This document shows positions 26,925 to 39,067 of a DNA stretch of 64,000 nt, in pieces. Position 1 is the stretch's first letter, and every line of letters begins with the position of its first letter. The stretch comes from Octopus vulgaris (Eukaryota), in NCBI GenBank assembly GCA_951406725.2, contig OX597822.1, positions 5,022,001 through 5,086,000 of the forward strand, in the 5' to 3' direction. A program made the position numbers and the translations under genes. The notes beneath the pieces were generated by a model, which did not search any database, was not told where the DNA came from, and saw nothing but the letters and a program-made list of their open reading frames with translations.

Positions 26925-27010
26925 GATGTTTTTAGGCTTCACATTTGGGTTATCTTTATTTCCAGATCTATATTTTGAGAGCTTCTCTATTTCTCTTAGA
27001 AATACATTGC
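26925..27010 (-). pseudogene. R4/Dong-like LINE endonuclease remnant
   Basis: NVFLREIEKLSKY, then after a frameshift DLEIKITQM*SLKT. This matches the EKxxKYxDL motif of restriction-like endonuclease LINEs and abuts (TAA)n. Confidence 0.55.
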
Positions 27011-27039
27011 ACTTAGTTGTATTATTATTATTATTATTA

Positions 27040-27261
27040 TGGCAATCAGGCAGAATCATTAACACACTGGACAAAAGGCTTTGTGATATTTTGTCTGTTT
27101 TTACATTCTGTGTTCAAATGTACTGAGGTCAACTTTGCCTTTTATCCTTTCAGGATTTATTAAAATAATTATCAGTTGAACACAGGGATCAACGTAATCA
27201 ATTTACCTCATCCCCAAAGTTGCTGGCCTTGTACCAAAATTATAACAACAACAACAACAAC

Positions 27262-27324
<63 letters not shown>

Positions 27325-27510
27325 GAATATAGTGAGCTAGCAGAATTGTTAGCAAGTTAGGCAAAAAATGGTAAGTGGTATTTTGTCTGTCTTTACATTC
27401 TGAGTTCAAATTCTGCCAAAGTCTTTCACTCTTTTAAATTCGATAGAATAAGTACCAGTTGAGTACTGAGGTCAACATAATCAACCAAATTTCAGTTCCT
27501 ATGCCTAAAG
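27040..27510 (+). mobile_element. Two head-to-tail SINE family B copies separated by (AAC)n(ATT)n
   Basis: Heads GGCAGAATCATTAAC (about 27049) and AGCTAGCAGAATTGTTAGC (about 27335), each with the central domain. Confidence 0.7.
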
Positions 27511-27512
27511 TA

Positions 27513-27845
27513 TAGGAGTTCTCAATCATTTTTTTTTCCTATGGACTCCTTTGTTTACTACTTCATTCTGGTGCACCCACACAGCCTCTTGATGTTTAAA
27601 AACTAGTTCTATAGATACTTCTTTTGAAATTCCTATTTCATTTTACACACATTAACTTGTGTAGGTCAAACTATGTAAAACGTTTGAGAAAGAATCCTAG
27701 TTGTTTCTTGCAATACACACCAGTACATACATCTAAAGCAAATATTTTTTAGAAGCCCTTAAAATACTAATGTGGATCCCAAATTTACTATTTTGTTGCA
27801 TGGACCTCCCAAAAATCTTATATGGGCCCTGATTGAGAACTATAG
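27513..27845. mobile_element. hAT/Charlie-like MITE inserted in a SINE B tail
   Basis: Inverted ends AGTTCTCAATC / GATTGAGAACT. Possible 8-bp duplication CTAAAGTA / CTATAGTA. Confidence 0.45.
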
Positions 27846-29386
27846 TAGAATTGATTACTGTTAATGTTCAAGTGATAGTAAAGGGATAAATTCAAGTCTT
27901 ACTGGTACTGCTTTAGACAAGCTGTGCTGGAGTAAGGTCCATATAAAATTTAGCCTGGATCATAAATACGTTCCACTGATCAACCACAGCTGTAGGAAAG
28001 GCTTCCAGTTAATTCGAGATACAAATGTAAACATTTGTGAAACCAATGTAAATTATTCTAAAGTAGAACATGCTTATAAAGCAGTGAGCAGAATGGATAA
28101 ATAAATCATGAAAAAGAGAGAAATTACTGAGCTAGATAGAAATATATGCATCCGTGTGTGTACAGGCATGCACACACATTCTGTCATGGAGATGCAGAAT
28201 CTGATATGGACGTCTTCAATCTTTAAACTTGGATGGCAATCCCTGCAACCATTTTCAAGGATGGCAGTCCCAGCTACATTTCTTGCCAAACTAAGCTAGT
28301 TGACATTTAATTTTCTAAGAGAAAAAATGAATTTAGAACCACAGCCATGAGGATATCATCCAAATACTTCTCCTGAAACTGATACCTATATTTTAAATAT
28401 GATTTCATTTAATATATAGATATACTGACATATGAAAAAAATCTTACAGCGTATATGTCATGCCAGTGGCAAAATACCAGCAAATCTAAATGAATCATTT
28501 TTGTATAAAATATTTGCTTACGATGATTTTGGATTTTATAATATAAATTTTCTTATAATAATTTTTGAAATTATTAAAATTGAAAAAAAAATTTAAATCA
28601 ATGAAACAAATTTTGGTGATCTCATTAGAAACCAGTGTTTAAATTTTGACATGTGCAAATAACAAAACAAGGATTGAACAGAAGTGAGTGTTGCATATGA
28701 ATCAAACCTATTAGAGCAGCATGGGAAATATAAATAAGAAATGAAAAATATGAAATAAAAAATAACCAAATAGAATTTAATCAATATTTATTGAAATTGT
28801 TGATAATAACTTTTTTTTTCAAGGGTAGCTTTAATCATTTCTGATTTAGCTAGTTTCTCTTCTGAAAGATATTGAAGTTACCTTACATAATTTTTTTTTA
28901 TTATTTGAAGCATTAATAACGAACATACATTCCTTATGGCTAAATTCATTCCATGACTGCCAGCTTAAAGTTTATTAGCTACCACAAATAGCTTCATATG
29001 GTGGAACTAATTTTTCTTATAGCAAAGATCCTAAACTAGTCTTCTAACTAAGAGAATGCTAGCTGTTAGGTGATGTGCTGATACGGTATCACACAATGCA
29101 TAAAGAAACAAAATTACTATAACAGATAAATTTTATAGTGTGAGTGTGTATGCATAATTCATTACTGGATATTGTCATTATATCATAGTTAATATGGGGG
29201 TTTAGAAATTTATGGCTAGTGTGTCCAATCTGCTATAAAGCCACTGAAAGTAAGGCAATCCTCAGCTTCTTTTTAAAGCATGTCTAGGAGAAAAGCACTA
29301 TTGTGTCTACAGCTACATGAATGGTATAACTGGGTAAGTGATCTGGATTTGACAGTTGTGGAAAGCTACGAGACAAGGAGAGGAAC

Positions 29387-29450
29387 AAATTGGCACATAA
29401 AATTGGCACACAATTGGCACACAAAATTGGCACACAAATTGGCACATAAA
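29387..29450. repeat. Five tandem AATTGGCACA(C/T) units
   Basis: Directly visible, period 11-13 bp. Confidence 0.85.
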
Positions 29451-31060
29451 CCTTCACTGCTTGTGAGTATCTTCAAAGAGGTGAGTCAATCCTGTCAGCA
29501 GATCAACTTGAAAGAGGACTCTAGGCTCAATGCCAGTATTTGTCTCAAAGAGACCACAAAGACACAATGAACGGAGACCATGTAAGGTGAAGAATGGTGG
29601 TTGTGTCTTTAATTCACATTATAATGATTCTTAAAAGAATTCAGAGGAAAACTGTTTTTTTTAACAGTAAAATGAAAATTCATTTGCCTCCATTCTTCTT
29701 CAGAAGATAATTTATGAAAGGGGCATAAGAATCACATTAACTGAGAAGCTTTATTGTGATGAAACTAGTAGTTGTAACATAATGATAAAATACAGTTGTT
29801 AATAAAATATATGCTGTACTTAAAATTTGGCACTGATTTCTCTTGCTTGATATTGCTTTTATTCATAGAGCCTTGTTGTCATATTAACACCAGACAGAAT
29901 TTGTTGAGATAGATTCTCTATGACTGTATACCCTTCCTGCTGTCAACCTTTGCTTCATTTCAAGCAAGATAAATATTTCCGCATGACTAGACATGGTTTC
30001 ATGGAAGACTGGAAATAAACTGCACTGCTTGTTTAGTCTAACCCATGCCAGCATGGAAAACGAACATTAAATGATGTTTAACAGTCACACTTGTTTACAA
30101 CTATCACATGACATCAAGGCACAGATACACAAACATATGTATATATACAATGGATTTCTTTCAGATTATATCTACCAAATCCATTCACAAGGCTTTGTTT
30201 ACCTGTAGCTATAGTAGAAGACACAAGCTTAAGGTGTCGTGCAGTGGGACTGAATAGGAAACAGTGTGGCTTGGAAGCAGACTTCTTAACTACATACTCA
30301 TCCAACACAAACACACATGCACAAACATATATGAAACAGAGGATATATTCATATATCTGCATGTATTGAAGGTAGTTAAACTATAACAGCTTATATGGAC
30401 TCCAGATTAACATATTTCTCAAAAGATAGACAAGTGAAATAAGAATATTGGCCAGTAATATTGTCCTCAGCATCATTACTTGTACAGAAATGTCTCCAGT
30501 TTCTCAGCAGGCTGGTTTGTACAATTTCAATTAACTTAGCAGCTTTGTAACTTAATTGTGTTGAAAACTTTATCCAGTCATCTAACAGGTTACTTGGAAT
30601 GACATGTTGAAAATGTAGTCTAATGAAATAGATTCAAGTACTCCAATATCTACCCCTAATGTACCCTTGTCACCAAATATGTTAGTAAGTACAGAAGAAT
30701 CTAGTAAGAGAAATATATCTCAGTCAGTGAGGAGCCGAGTGAATAGAATAAAGTTCAATAAAACAAAGAAAGCTTCATTGATAACCTCCCAGTCATAGGA
30801 AGCACTTTCGTTTTATTATGAAATATTAGAAATGACAGGCATCTACTTTCAAGAAAATGAAATAAACCCAGACTTGTGTTTGCGATTTATATACAAACAC
30901 TCAAAAGTCATTCAAATGTTAGTAGTGCATATGAATGTAAGTGTCCTACCATTGTGCCTCACAGAATAAATAATAACACATGGCACTGTCACCGATTTGA
31001 TATACACTACTTGCAATTCTGGGAGAGTGTATACACTATAGAGAATGAATTTATATGAAA

Positions 31061-31448
31061 CTAGCAGTATCGCCCGGCGTTGCTCGGGTTTGTAAGGGAA
31101 ATAACTATATAAGCGTTTTTAGAGAGTTATAGCCAAAAGATAGCAAAAAAATGCATTAAAAACGGGAAAAAAATGATGGTAAATTTTTTTTTAAATCGTT
31201 GACTCATCGTAGACATTTTTAGAGAGTTACTTCCCTTATATAATAGCGAAAAAATGCATTAAAATGGAATAAAACGATGGTAAATTTTTTTTTTAAATCG
31301 TAGACATGCGCTAATACCCAGAAGGGCTTGATATGAATCATGACTATAAGATACCCGGTTTTGGTTAAACTGCACCGCAAAATGTGGGAGTAGTTAGGAA
31401 TCTAAATCGTAGGAGACAGACACACAACCTCACTTTTATATATAAAGA
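31061..31448 (-). mobile_element. Non-autonomous Helitron
   Basis: Minus strand begins TCTTTATATATAAAAG and ends CCCGAGCAACGCCGGG (hairpin) CGATACTGCTAG. It sits between A and T with no TSD and has an internal ~105-bp duplication. A second copy lies at 37764. Confidence 0.9.
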
Positions 31449-32373
31449 TAATGCACCTGTAACATTGGTTTCAAATTCTGGCACAAAACCAGCAAGGTTA
31501 CATCGACCCCAGTGCTTAGCTAGTACTCATTTTATTGACCTTGAAAGGATGAAAAGTGAAGTTGACTTCAATGGAATTTGAACTCAGAATATAAAGATAG
31601 ACAAAACGCTGCTATTCACTCTCAGACTCTTACAGTGACCTTTGCTCTTCTCAAATGCTAATTTTATTTAACTGCTTTAAACTTCTTTCGTACACTCATC
31701 TCATTCCATTTATTGCTTTTGTGAATTGTTTCTTCTCAGAAAACATACTGAAAACTTCACTTTCTCTCTTGTTTTAATCTACAAGAGTATAAAAGAAATT
31801 TCAGGTCCTAAAAAATGAGTAAAATTAAACATCACCTACTTTAATTCTACACATGTTTAAATCTTTCAGTTCAAAATTTACTACAAGTGCCAGGATGGCA
31901 ATTGCAAAACCATTAGAGAGTAACAAACTAGATCAGACCTATAATTGTAGCTGCATATAGGTTATGACACTTGTGGTTCTCAAAGTATGCCAGTACTATG
32001 TTGTAAAGAAATACTGAACAGCTGAACTATAGTTCTTTTCACAACTTCACCAGTGAAATTCAAAGAGTCTGGAGATTAACATTTGACACTGGCTTGGTAG
32101 TAGAAAAATTAAGAAAGATATAAAATAGTCAAAATAACTGTCTCAGTAGTTGAACTCTGGATTTTCTGTCAAGGTTCACTCATTAGGCTTTGCAATTTTT
32201 CCAATGAGTTCAAATCTTGCAATGGTCATCTTAGCCTTCCATTTCTCTGAGGTCAATAAAATAAAGTGCTCATGAAATAGCAGGAATAATATAATTAACT
32301 GTACTCCTCCATCTGAATTTCTATCCATCTGTCTATTTTAGATACAATTATTACTATTACTATTATTATTATT

Positions 32374-32834
32374 GAGTGAGAGAGCAGTGCATGCCATCAA
32401 AGTGACACTGGGGTAAAATATACGAAGCCCAATATACCCATCATGACTACCCGTCTGAAAAGGGTACACCAGGCACATGCATCACAACCATATGTGCGCG
32501 ACATGGTGATCTCATATCAAGATAAACAGCACATGACCTTGCAGGTGGGGCCCAGTTAGAATTTTCTTCAGGTTGAGTAGCCCATCCCGCTCAAAAGGTC
32601 CCTGAATAAGGGTTGTTTAAGGATGTTGAAAGAACCACCCATGTTTCCAGAGGTGAATTATTCAAACCCCAAAGAATCCCTCTCAACACATGGCTATGAT
32701 GCTCCCCCACTACTTCTGCTCGTGATCAGAGATGCACATATCGTCAGCCACTAAGGGACATGCTCAACTGGTTAAGGTCAAACAACTGACAAGCAAATCT
32801 GTGGTATTGAGCAGAATATTTGCTGTAGCCCATC

Positions 32835-32837
<3 letters not shown>
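32374..32837 (-). mobile_element. Unclassified non-coding insertion bounded by (ATT)n tracts
   Basis: Sharp switch to higher GC/CpG content between two ATT microsatellites. The minus strand ends ...CTCTCTCACTC(AAT)n like a retroposon tail. No second copy in the window. Confidence 0.5.
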
Positions 32838-32906
<69 letters not shown>

Positions 32907-32948
32907 TATTATTATTATCATTATTACTATTACTACTTAGTGTATCTA

Positions 32949-33720
32949 AGGCAGCAAGCTGGCAGAATTGTTAGCATTCTGGAGAAACCGCATGTTGTTT
33001 GTCTCTACATTGAGGTTGATTTTGCCTTTCATTCTTTTGGGGTTGATAAAATGAATCCCAGTTATGTACTGGGGTCGATAAAATTGACTAGCCCCTTTCC
33101 CAAAATTTCAGCCCTTATACCTTTAGTAAAAAGGATTATTACTTAGTGTATCAGGAAAAATGTTAGGAGAGTATTTCTTCTGGTTTTTTTACAGCCATAG
33201 TTCAAATCCCACAGAGGTCAACATTGTCTTTCAACCATCAAGGGTCAATAAAAATGTAGTACTGGTCAAGTATTGGCATTGATGTAATTGACTTGCCTTT
33301 CTCCTCAAAACTGCTGCCCTTGTGGCAAAATTTGAAACCATTATTATTATTACCAATATAATTAAGACAGTGGATTGGCAGAATTGTTAGCAGACCAGGC
33401 AAAATGCTTAGCAGCATTTGGTCTATCATTACATTCTGAATTCAGGGTTGATAAAATTAAATACCAGTTATGCACTGGGGTTGATGTAATCAACTTGTTC
33501 CCTCCAAACAAATTTCAGGTCTTGTGTCTTTAGTAGAGAGGATTATTATTATCATTATTATTATTATTATTATACAAATTCCACCAAGGTCAACTTTGCC
33601 TTTCATTCTTTCGGGGTTGATAAATTCCGTACCAGTTAAACACTGGGGTCACTGTACTTGATTAGTTCCCTCCCATTTGATTTCAGGCCTTTTGCTTACA
33701 GTAGAAAGGATTATTATCAT
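32949..33720 (+). mobile_element. Array of four head-to-tail SINE family B copies
   Basis: The central GCCTTTCATTC..GGGGTTGATAAA..ACCAGTT..CTGGGG segment recurs at about 33025, 33225, 33445 and 33600, each copy ending in an ATT-rich tail. Confidence 0.75.
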
Positions 33721-33971
33721 CATCATCATCATCATCATCATTATTATTTAAATTGCTGTAACACTGATGATTGGTCTGATTAGCTTTTGATAAATTTTAG
33801 AAGATGACATTTTACTTCTTTCGAGAGCATCTTTAACAATGATTTCCTTTTTTTTTTTTTTTTTTTTGCTCCTATCAGATTACTAACGAGAAGTGATAAA
33901 TATCTGAAATAACCAATGAACATCAATATAGAAATTTACAACTAATATAATAATATATTTTGGTTTCTTAC

Positions 33972-34241
33972 CTGTGGTGTCTGGGGCTCACATTTTGTAG
34001 CTGGTGCAATAAAATGCTCGTGTACATTCCGGCGTATTATGTATCCAACAATTAATCCAACACAAAAGAGAACAAAGACCAATAAAATTCGTAGCACAAG
34101 GCCTTTCCGTCCACTAAAACACTCATTTAACCACTTACAGCGGTTGTCTCCTTCAAGGCTACGATAGTCTATATCGATGTTGTCAGTGTCAGCTTCCCAC
34201 CTTGTCAAAGCTTTGCCAGCTATGTAACCACCAGAGGGCAT
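33972..34241 (-). CDS. Coding exon (probably the first) of a type II single-pass membrane protein; exon 33972-34242
   Basis: Acceptor TTTTATTACTTTATTGCAG|G ATG and donor CCACAG|GTAAGA (phase 0). 90 codons of non-repetitive protein MPSGGY...DIDYRSL...RKGLVLRILLVFVLFCVGLIVGYIIRR...PQTPQ with one hydrophobic helix preceded by basic residues. Confidence 0.85.
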
Positions 34242-34319
34242 CCTGCAATAAAGTAATAAAATTAATTAGAATTAAATTAAACAGCCAAGCAATGAAGGAA
34301 ACAAATAATAATTAGAGCA

Positions 34320-35307
34320 GCTGGGCTGTGACTGCTGAGGAGATGCATTAGCTTGCAAGGAATGAAGCCAGTAGGCTCCGATGGATGTGTAATGTCAGTG
34401 TGCATACTTGACAGAGTGTAAGTACCTTGAGAGAAAAGTTGGACCTAAGAAGAAGCATCAGATGTGGTGTGCAAGAGAGACGTTTGCGCTGGTGTGGTCA
34501 TTTGGTGAGAATGGATGAGGACAGCTGTGTGAAAAAGTACCACACCCTAACGGTTGAGGGAACCTGTGGAAGAGGTAGACTCAGGAAGACCTAGGATGAG
34601 GTGGTGAAGCACAACCTTTGAACATTAGGTCTCACTGAGGCAATGACTAGTGACCGACACCTTTGGAAATATGCAGTGTGTGAGAAGACCCGGCAAGCCA
34701 AGTGAGACCATAACCCATGGCCTATGCCAGGGGTGTAACCAGCCCACTTATGCATACCTTTCCTTCAATGGACACTAAATTCTGCTTGCGAAGACCTGTT
34801 GAGGCAAGTGAAATCGAAATCAAATCAAATTCGCAAATTTGATGACTGCCACCCGTGCCAGTGGAGCACTAAGAGCACCATCTGAGTGTGATTGCTGCCA
34901 GAGCAGCTGACTGGCTTCTGTGCTGGTGACACGTAAAAAGAACCATTCAAATGTGATCGTTATCAGCGTTCCCTTACTGGCACTTGTGCCGTTGGCAAGT
35001 GAAAAAACATTCGAGCGAAGTCGTTGCCAGTGCCGCTGGACTAGCTCCTGTGCTGGTGGCATGTAAAAAACACCACTTGAGCATGGTTGTTGCCAGTACT
35101 GCCTGACTGGCCATTGTGCTGGTGGCACGTAAAAGCACCCACTACACTCTCAGAGTGGTTGGCGATAGGAAGGGCATCCAGCTGTAGAAACTCTGCCAGA
35201 TCAGATTGGAGCCTGGTGCAGCCATCTGGTTCGCCAGTCCTCAGTCAAATCATCCAACCCATGCTAGCATGGAAAGCAGACGTTAAACGATGATGATGAT
35301 GATGATG
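34320..35307 (+). mobile_element. RTE-clade LINE 3' end with long 3' UTR and (GAT)n tail
   Basis: WAVTAEEMH*LARNEASRLRWMCNV...RRLRWCGHLVRMDED...GTCGRGRLRKT*...DRHLWK, followed by the UTR and GACGTTAAACGATGATGATGAT. Confidence 0.9.
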
Positions 35308-36179
35308 AATAAAGTTAAATCAAAAGAGCTGCTTGGTTTTTCCATCAGCTCAATATAGTATCAAAGTTTCTTCATGTTTATAGCCAACTTCGAAATGGGA
35401 AACAAATTTTAAGTTATTATATTTTAGGATAGCTTACTAAAGGAGATAAATTGGTTAGAAAACAGACCACCGAAATTGGAATAGCAGACGCTTCATACAT
35501 GCATATCTTTGGTACTGTGTATTATACTAAAGTGTCTGGCTACTTGCATGAAATAAGTCTATTCAAACAGAGCTGCAATGAACTCTTTAGCATTCAGATT
35601 TCTCTGTCAAATGTTATGCTTATTTATTCACATTGATTTGAATTAGTCATGCATTAGCTTGCAACTTTGACATGATTGTTTATTTTTTAGAATAATATTG
35701 TAGGGTAAGTGTGAGAGGCTGGGTCTGGCCAGTTTGAAAATAAGACAGGTAGATTATTTTGGCTGGATACGGCTGGTTTAAATGCAAATAACAACACAAT
35801 CACAGTGACCTTTTTTGTTTGTTTTTATCTTTTAGTAGCTTACCTATGAAAAAAAAAATCAATACCAAAGTATGTCATCTCCACAGACTATGAATCCACA
35901 AACACTTTCCACTTTACAAGAATGAAGGACAACCCAGAATAACGAATCTAAGTACAAGAAATTCACAATCGAGTAAAGCAAATGTATTTCCATTATCAGC
36001 TGCTACACAATATATCAGTTCGATTCCTATGATCTGTTGTGGTTCAGCATCCAGTGGCACTCGGAACATCAACTTCAGAGGCTGGTAATAGCTTCAATGG
36101 TGAAATGTTCACAGGGAATAAATGACGTAAAACTTGTATTTGTCGTAATTTCTCACATGCACACTCATATATATATATC

Positions 36180-36630
36180 ATAATCATCATCATCATCGTT
36201 TAGCGTCCGCTTTCCATGCTAGCATGGGTTGGACGGTTCAACTGGGGTCTGGGAAGCCAGAAGGCTGCACCAGGCCCAGTCTGATCTGGCAATGTTTCTA
36301 CGGCTGGATGCCCTTCCTAACGCCAACCACTCCATGAGTGTAGTGGGTGCTTTTTATGTGCCACCGGCACAGGTGCCAGACGAGTCTGGCAAACGGCCAC
36401 GATCGGATGGTGCTTTTTATGTGCCACCGGTATATATATATCCCATCTGCCACAGCAGAATTGATGCCTTTGCTGTTGCATTAGGAAGGGCATCCAAACA
36501 TAGCGGCCATACCAGAACAGACTACAGACTATGGAGTGGCTCCTGGCTTTACCAACTCCAGCCAAACTGTCCAACCCATGCCAGCATGGAAAACAGATGT
36601 TAAATGATGCTGATGATGATGATGATGATA
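36180..36630. mobile_element. Two RTE 3'-end fragments in opposite orientation
   Basis: 36180-36430 is a minus-strand copy with a (CAT)n tail on the left. 36480-36630 is a plus-strand copy with a (GAT)n tail on the right. Confidence 0.8.
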
Positions 36631-37229
36631 ATAGACAGGGAAGTTTAGTCCCTGTGACACTTTTCAGGGCTTCTGATACTGATAGAAGCAAAGACAAAAC
36701 CAATCCTCTTACCAGCAACCTGGCCCGGGTACTAAAAACAGAGGTGGTTTCTTCTGAAAACACCCAAAGGCTTGTGTTAAACTGAGAAATGGATTAGGTA
36801 TGCAATCCGAAGACAAGAATGATATTTCTTCAAGCCTTCTTTCACACATTTTCTACCAAATTTCAGTGATTTGGTTTTGGTCAACCTCAGGAATATGGTA
36901 GAAGATATTTGCCCAGGATGCTGAGCAGTGGGATTGAACTTAAAATCACATTGTTATCATCACCAGTTTAATTATCACAAACATTTCTCATGTATTTCTT
37001 CTTCTTCTTTTTATAATTATATTTTTCTCCATGATTAGCACCAGCTAATTAAGGTTTTCCAATTGTATAATATTGTACTGTATTGTGAAAATTTTAATAA
37101 TTTTACAATATTTGTTTGCAGCAAATAAAGAATTATTAATCATTACTACTATTATTACAACTATTAAACAAATCATTAATATTAATGAATAAAGAAATTC
37201 CTTTTCTTCTTCTTAAAATCATCATAACC

Positions 37230-37415
37230 TGCTGGACGGAATGCTTAGTGGTATTTCACCTATCGCTATGTTCTGAGTTCAAATTCTGCCAAGGTCCACT
37301 TTGCCATTTATCCTTTTGGGGTTGATAAAAAGTACCAGTTACTCACTGGGGTTTATGTAATCAAGTATCCCCCTCTCCCCCAAATTTCAGGCTTTGTGCC
37401 TATAGTAGAAAGTAT
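37230..37415 (+). mobile_element. SINE family B copy
   Basis: GAGTTCAAATTCTGCCAAGGTCCACTTTGCC..TCCTTTTGGGGTTGATAAAAAGTACCAGTT. Confidence 0.75.
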
Positions 37416-37667
37416 TATTAATATTATCATAAATTCAGTGTGATTCACAGTATTACATACATCTGTTGTATCACTGAGCTAAGTTCTCCATGTAGCTGGC
37501 ATTTACAGCCCTAGCTCATAAAGTATTTCCTATGTTTATTGTTTTATGTGTATGTAAAGTAGGCATGAGTGCAAATGCATATACAATGCTAAACTTTATG
37601 TGTTGATTTGTGTAGTGTGAAGATAATCTGAGCATCACTTCTATTTCTGTGGTGGGTAATCTTACTA

Positions 37668-38375
37668 TAAAGACCCGCTTCGGTCATGAATGACCATAGG
37701 ATTGCACCTAGAAAGTTTTTTCCCTCCAAGGCACAAGTCTGGGCAAAGTTATTTTATAGAAGACTAGCAGTATCGCCCGGCGTTGCTCGGGTTTGTAAGG
37801 GAAATAACTATAAAGCATTTTTAGAGTTATAGCCAAAAAATAGCAAAAAAATGCATTAAAAATGGAAAAAAAATGATGGTAAATTTTTTTTTAAATCGTT
37901 GACTCATCGTAGACATTTTTAGAGAGTTACTTCCCTTATATAATAGCGAAAAAAATGCATTAAAATGGAAAAAAACGATGATAAATTATTTTTTAAATCG
38001 TAGACTCATCGTAGACATGCGCTAATACCCAGAAGGGCTCGATATGAATCACGACTATAAGATACCCGGTTTTGGTTAAACTGCACCGCAAAATGTGGGA
38101 GTAGTTAGGAATCTAAATCGTAGAAGACAGACACACAACCTTACTTTTATATATAAAGATCAGTAGCTGCCCATGCATGTCAGCCTCTCCTTTCCATGCC
38201 ACTGATGTTACCCAAGAGAAAGGTAAAGCTTGGCATCAGTGACATTGCAACTCATTTCTACAGATGAGTGAACTGGAGCAATGTGAAATAAAGTGTCTTG
38301 CTCGAGAACACAACACACAGCTCAGTTTGAGAATCGAACTCACAACCTCATGATTGTGAGCCTGACATTCTAAAC
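37668..38375 (-). mobile_element. SINE family C interrupted by a Helitron
   Basis: 37668-37763 and 38160-38375 join into a sequence colinear with 25021-25355. Confidence 0.85.
37764..38159 (-). mobile_element. Non-autonomous Helitron (second copy)
   Basis: Same 5'-TC, 3' hairpin and CTAG termini, and A|T target. Near-identical to 31061-31448. Confidence 0.9.
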
Positions 38376-38687
38376 CATCTCTATCATTAATAATGTGTTG
38401 AAAGCTTTCCAGTTTTTAGCTTTGTTCTTTTAGGTTATGAGTTCAAATCACATCAAAATTAACATTGCAGTTCATCACTCAAAAATTAATAAAATTGATT
38501 TCATTAACTCTACTCTTCCCCCATTACACCCGATGCCTTCTAACACCAGCCTGTCCCATTCTCTATTTATGGTATCTACTTTCATTAAGGGGCTGAACTC
38601 TTTGCTAAAACAAGAAATCTATAACTTTATTCTAATTTTTCCAAAGGTTTCTTTTAGTCATTTAGACTTGTTTTTTTGCTTTGGTTG

Positions 38688-39067
38688 TTTTATCTTTTAT
38701 TTATTTCGGTAATTAGACTGTGGCCATGCTGGAGTACCACCTTAAAGAATTTTAGACAAATGAATCGAACCCAGTACTTTTTTTTTTGAAGCCTAGTACT
38801 CATTCTAACATTCTCTCTTGCCAAACTGCTAAGTTACGAGGATGTAAACAAACACACTCTGATTGTCAGGTAGTGGTGAGGAACAAATACAGACATACAC
38901 ACACTGATACACACACACACACACATATATATATATGATGGGCTTCTTTCAGTTTCCATCTGTCAAATACACTCACAAGGTTTTGATCAGCCTGAGGCTA
39001 TAGTAGAAGACACTTGTCTGAGGTGCCACACTATGGGACTTCTTACCACACAGCCATGCTTGCACCT
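38688..39067 (-). mobile_element. SINE family A, older copy
   Basis: Colinear with family A, with an internal deletion in the tRNA part. Similar decayed copies at about 30115-30300, 51980-52190, 54550-54925, 55715-55890, 58870-59090, 60898-61245 and 63735-63860. Confidence 0.75.

Noticed and set aside
34850-35160. Repeat-spacer pattern resembling a CRISPR array
   Set aside because: The linkers are homologous to each other, the repeats are degenerate, the array lies in a LINE 3' UTR in animal DNA, and there are no cas genes.
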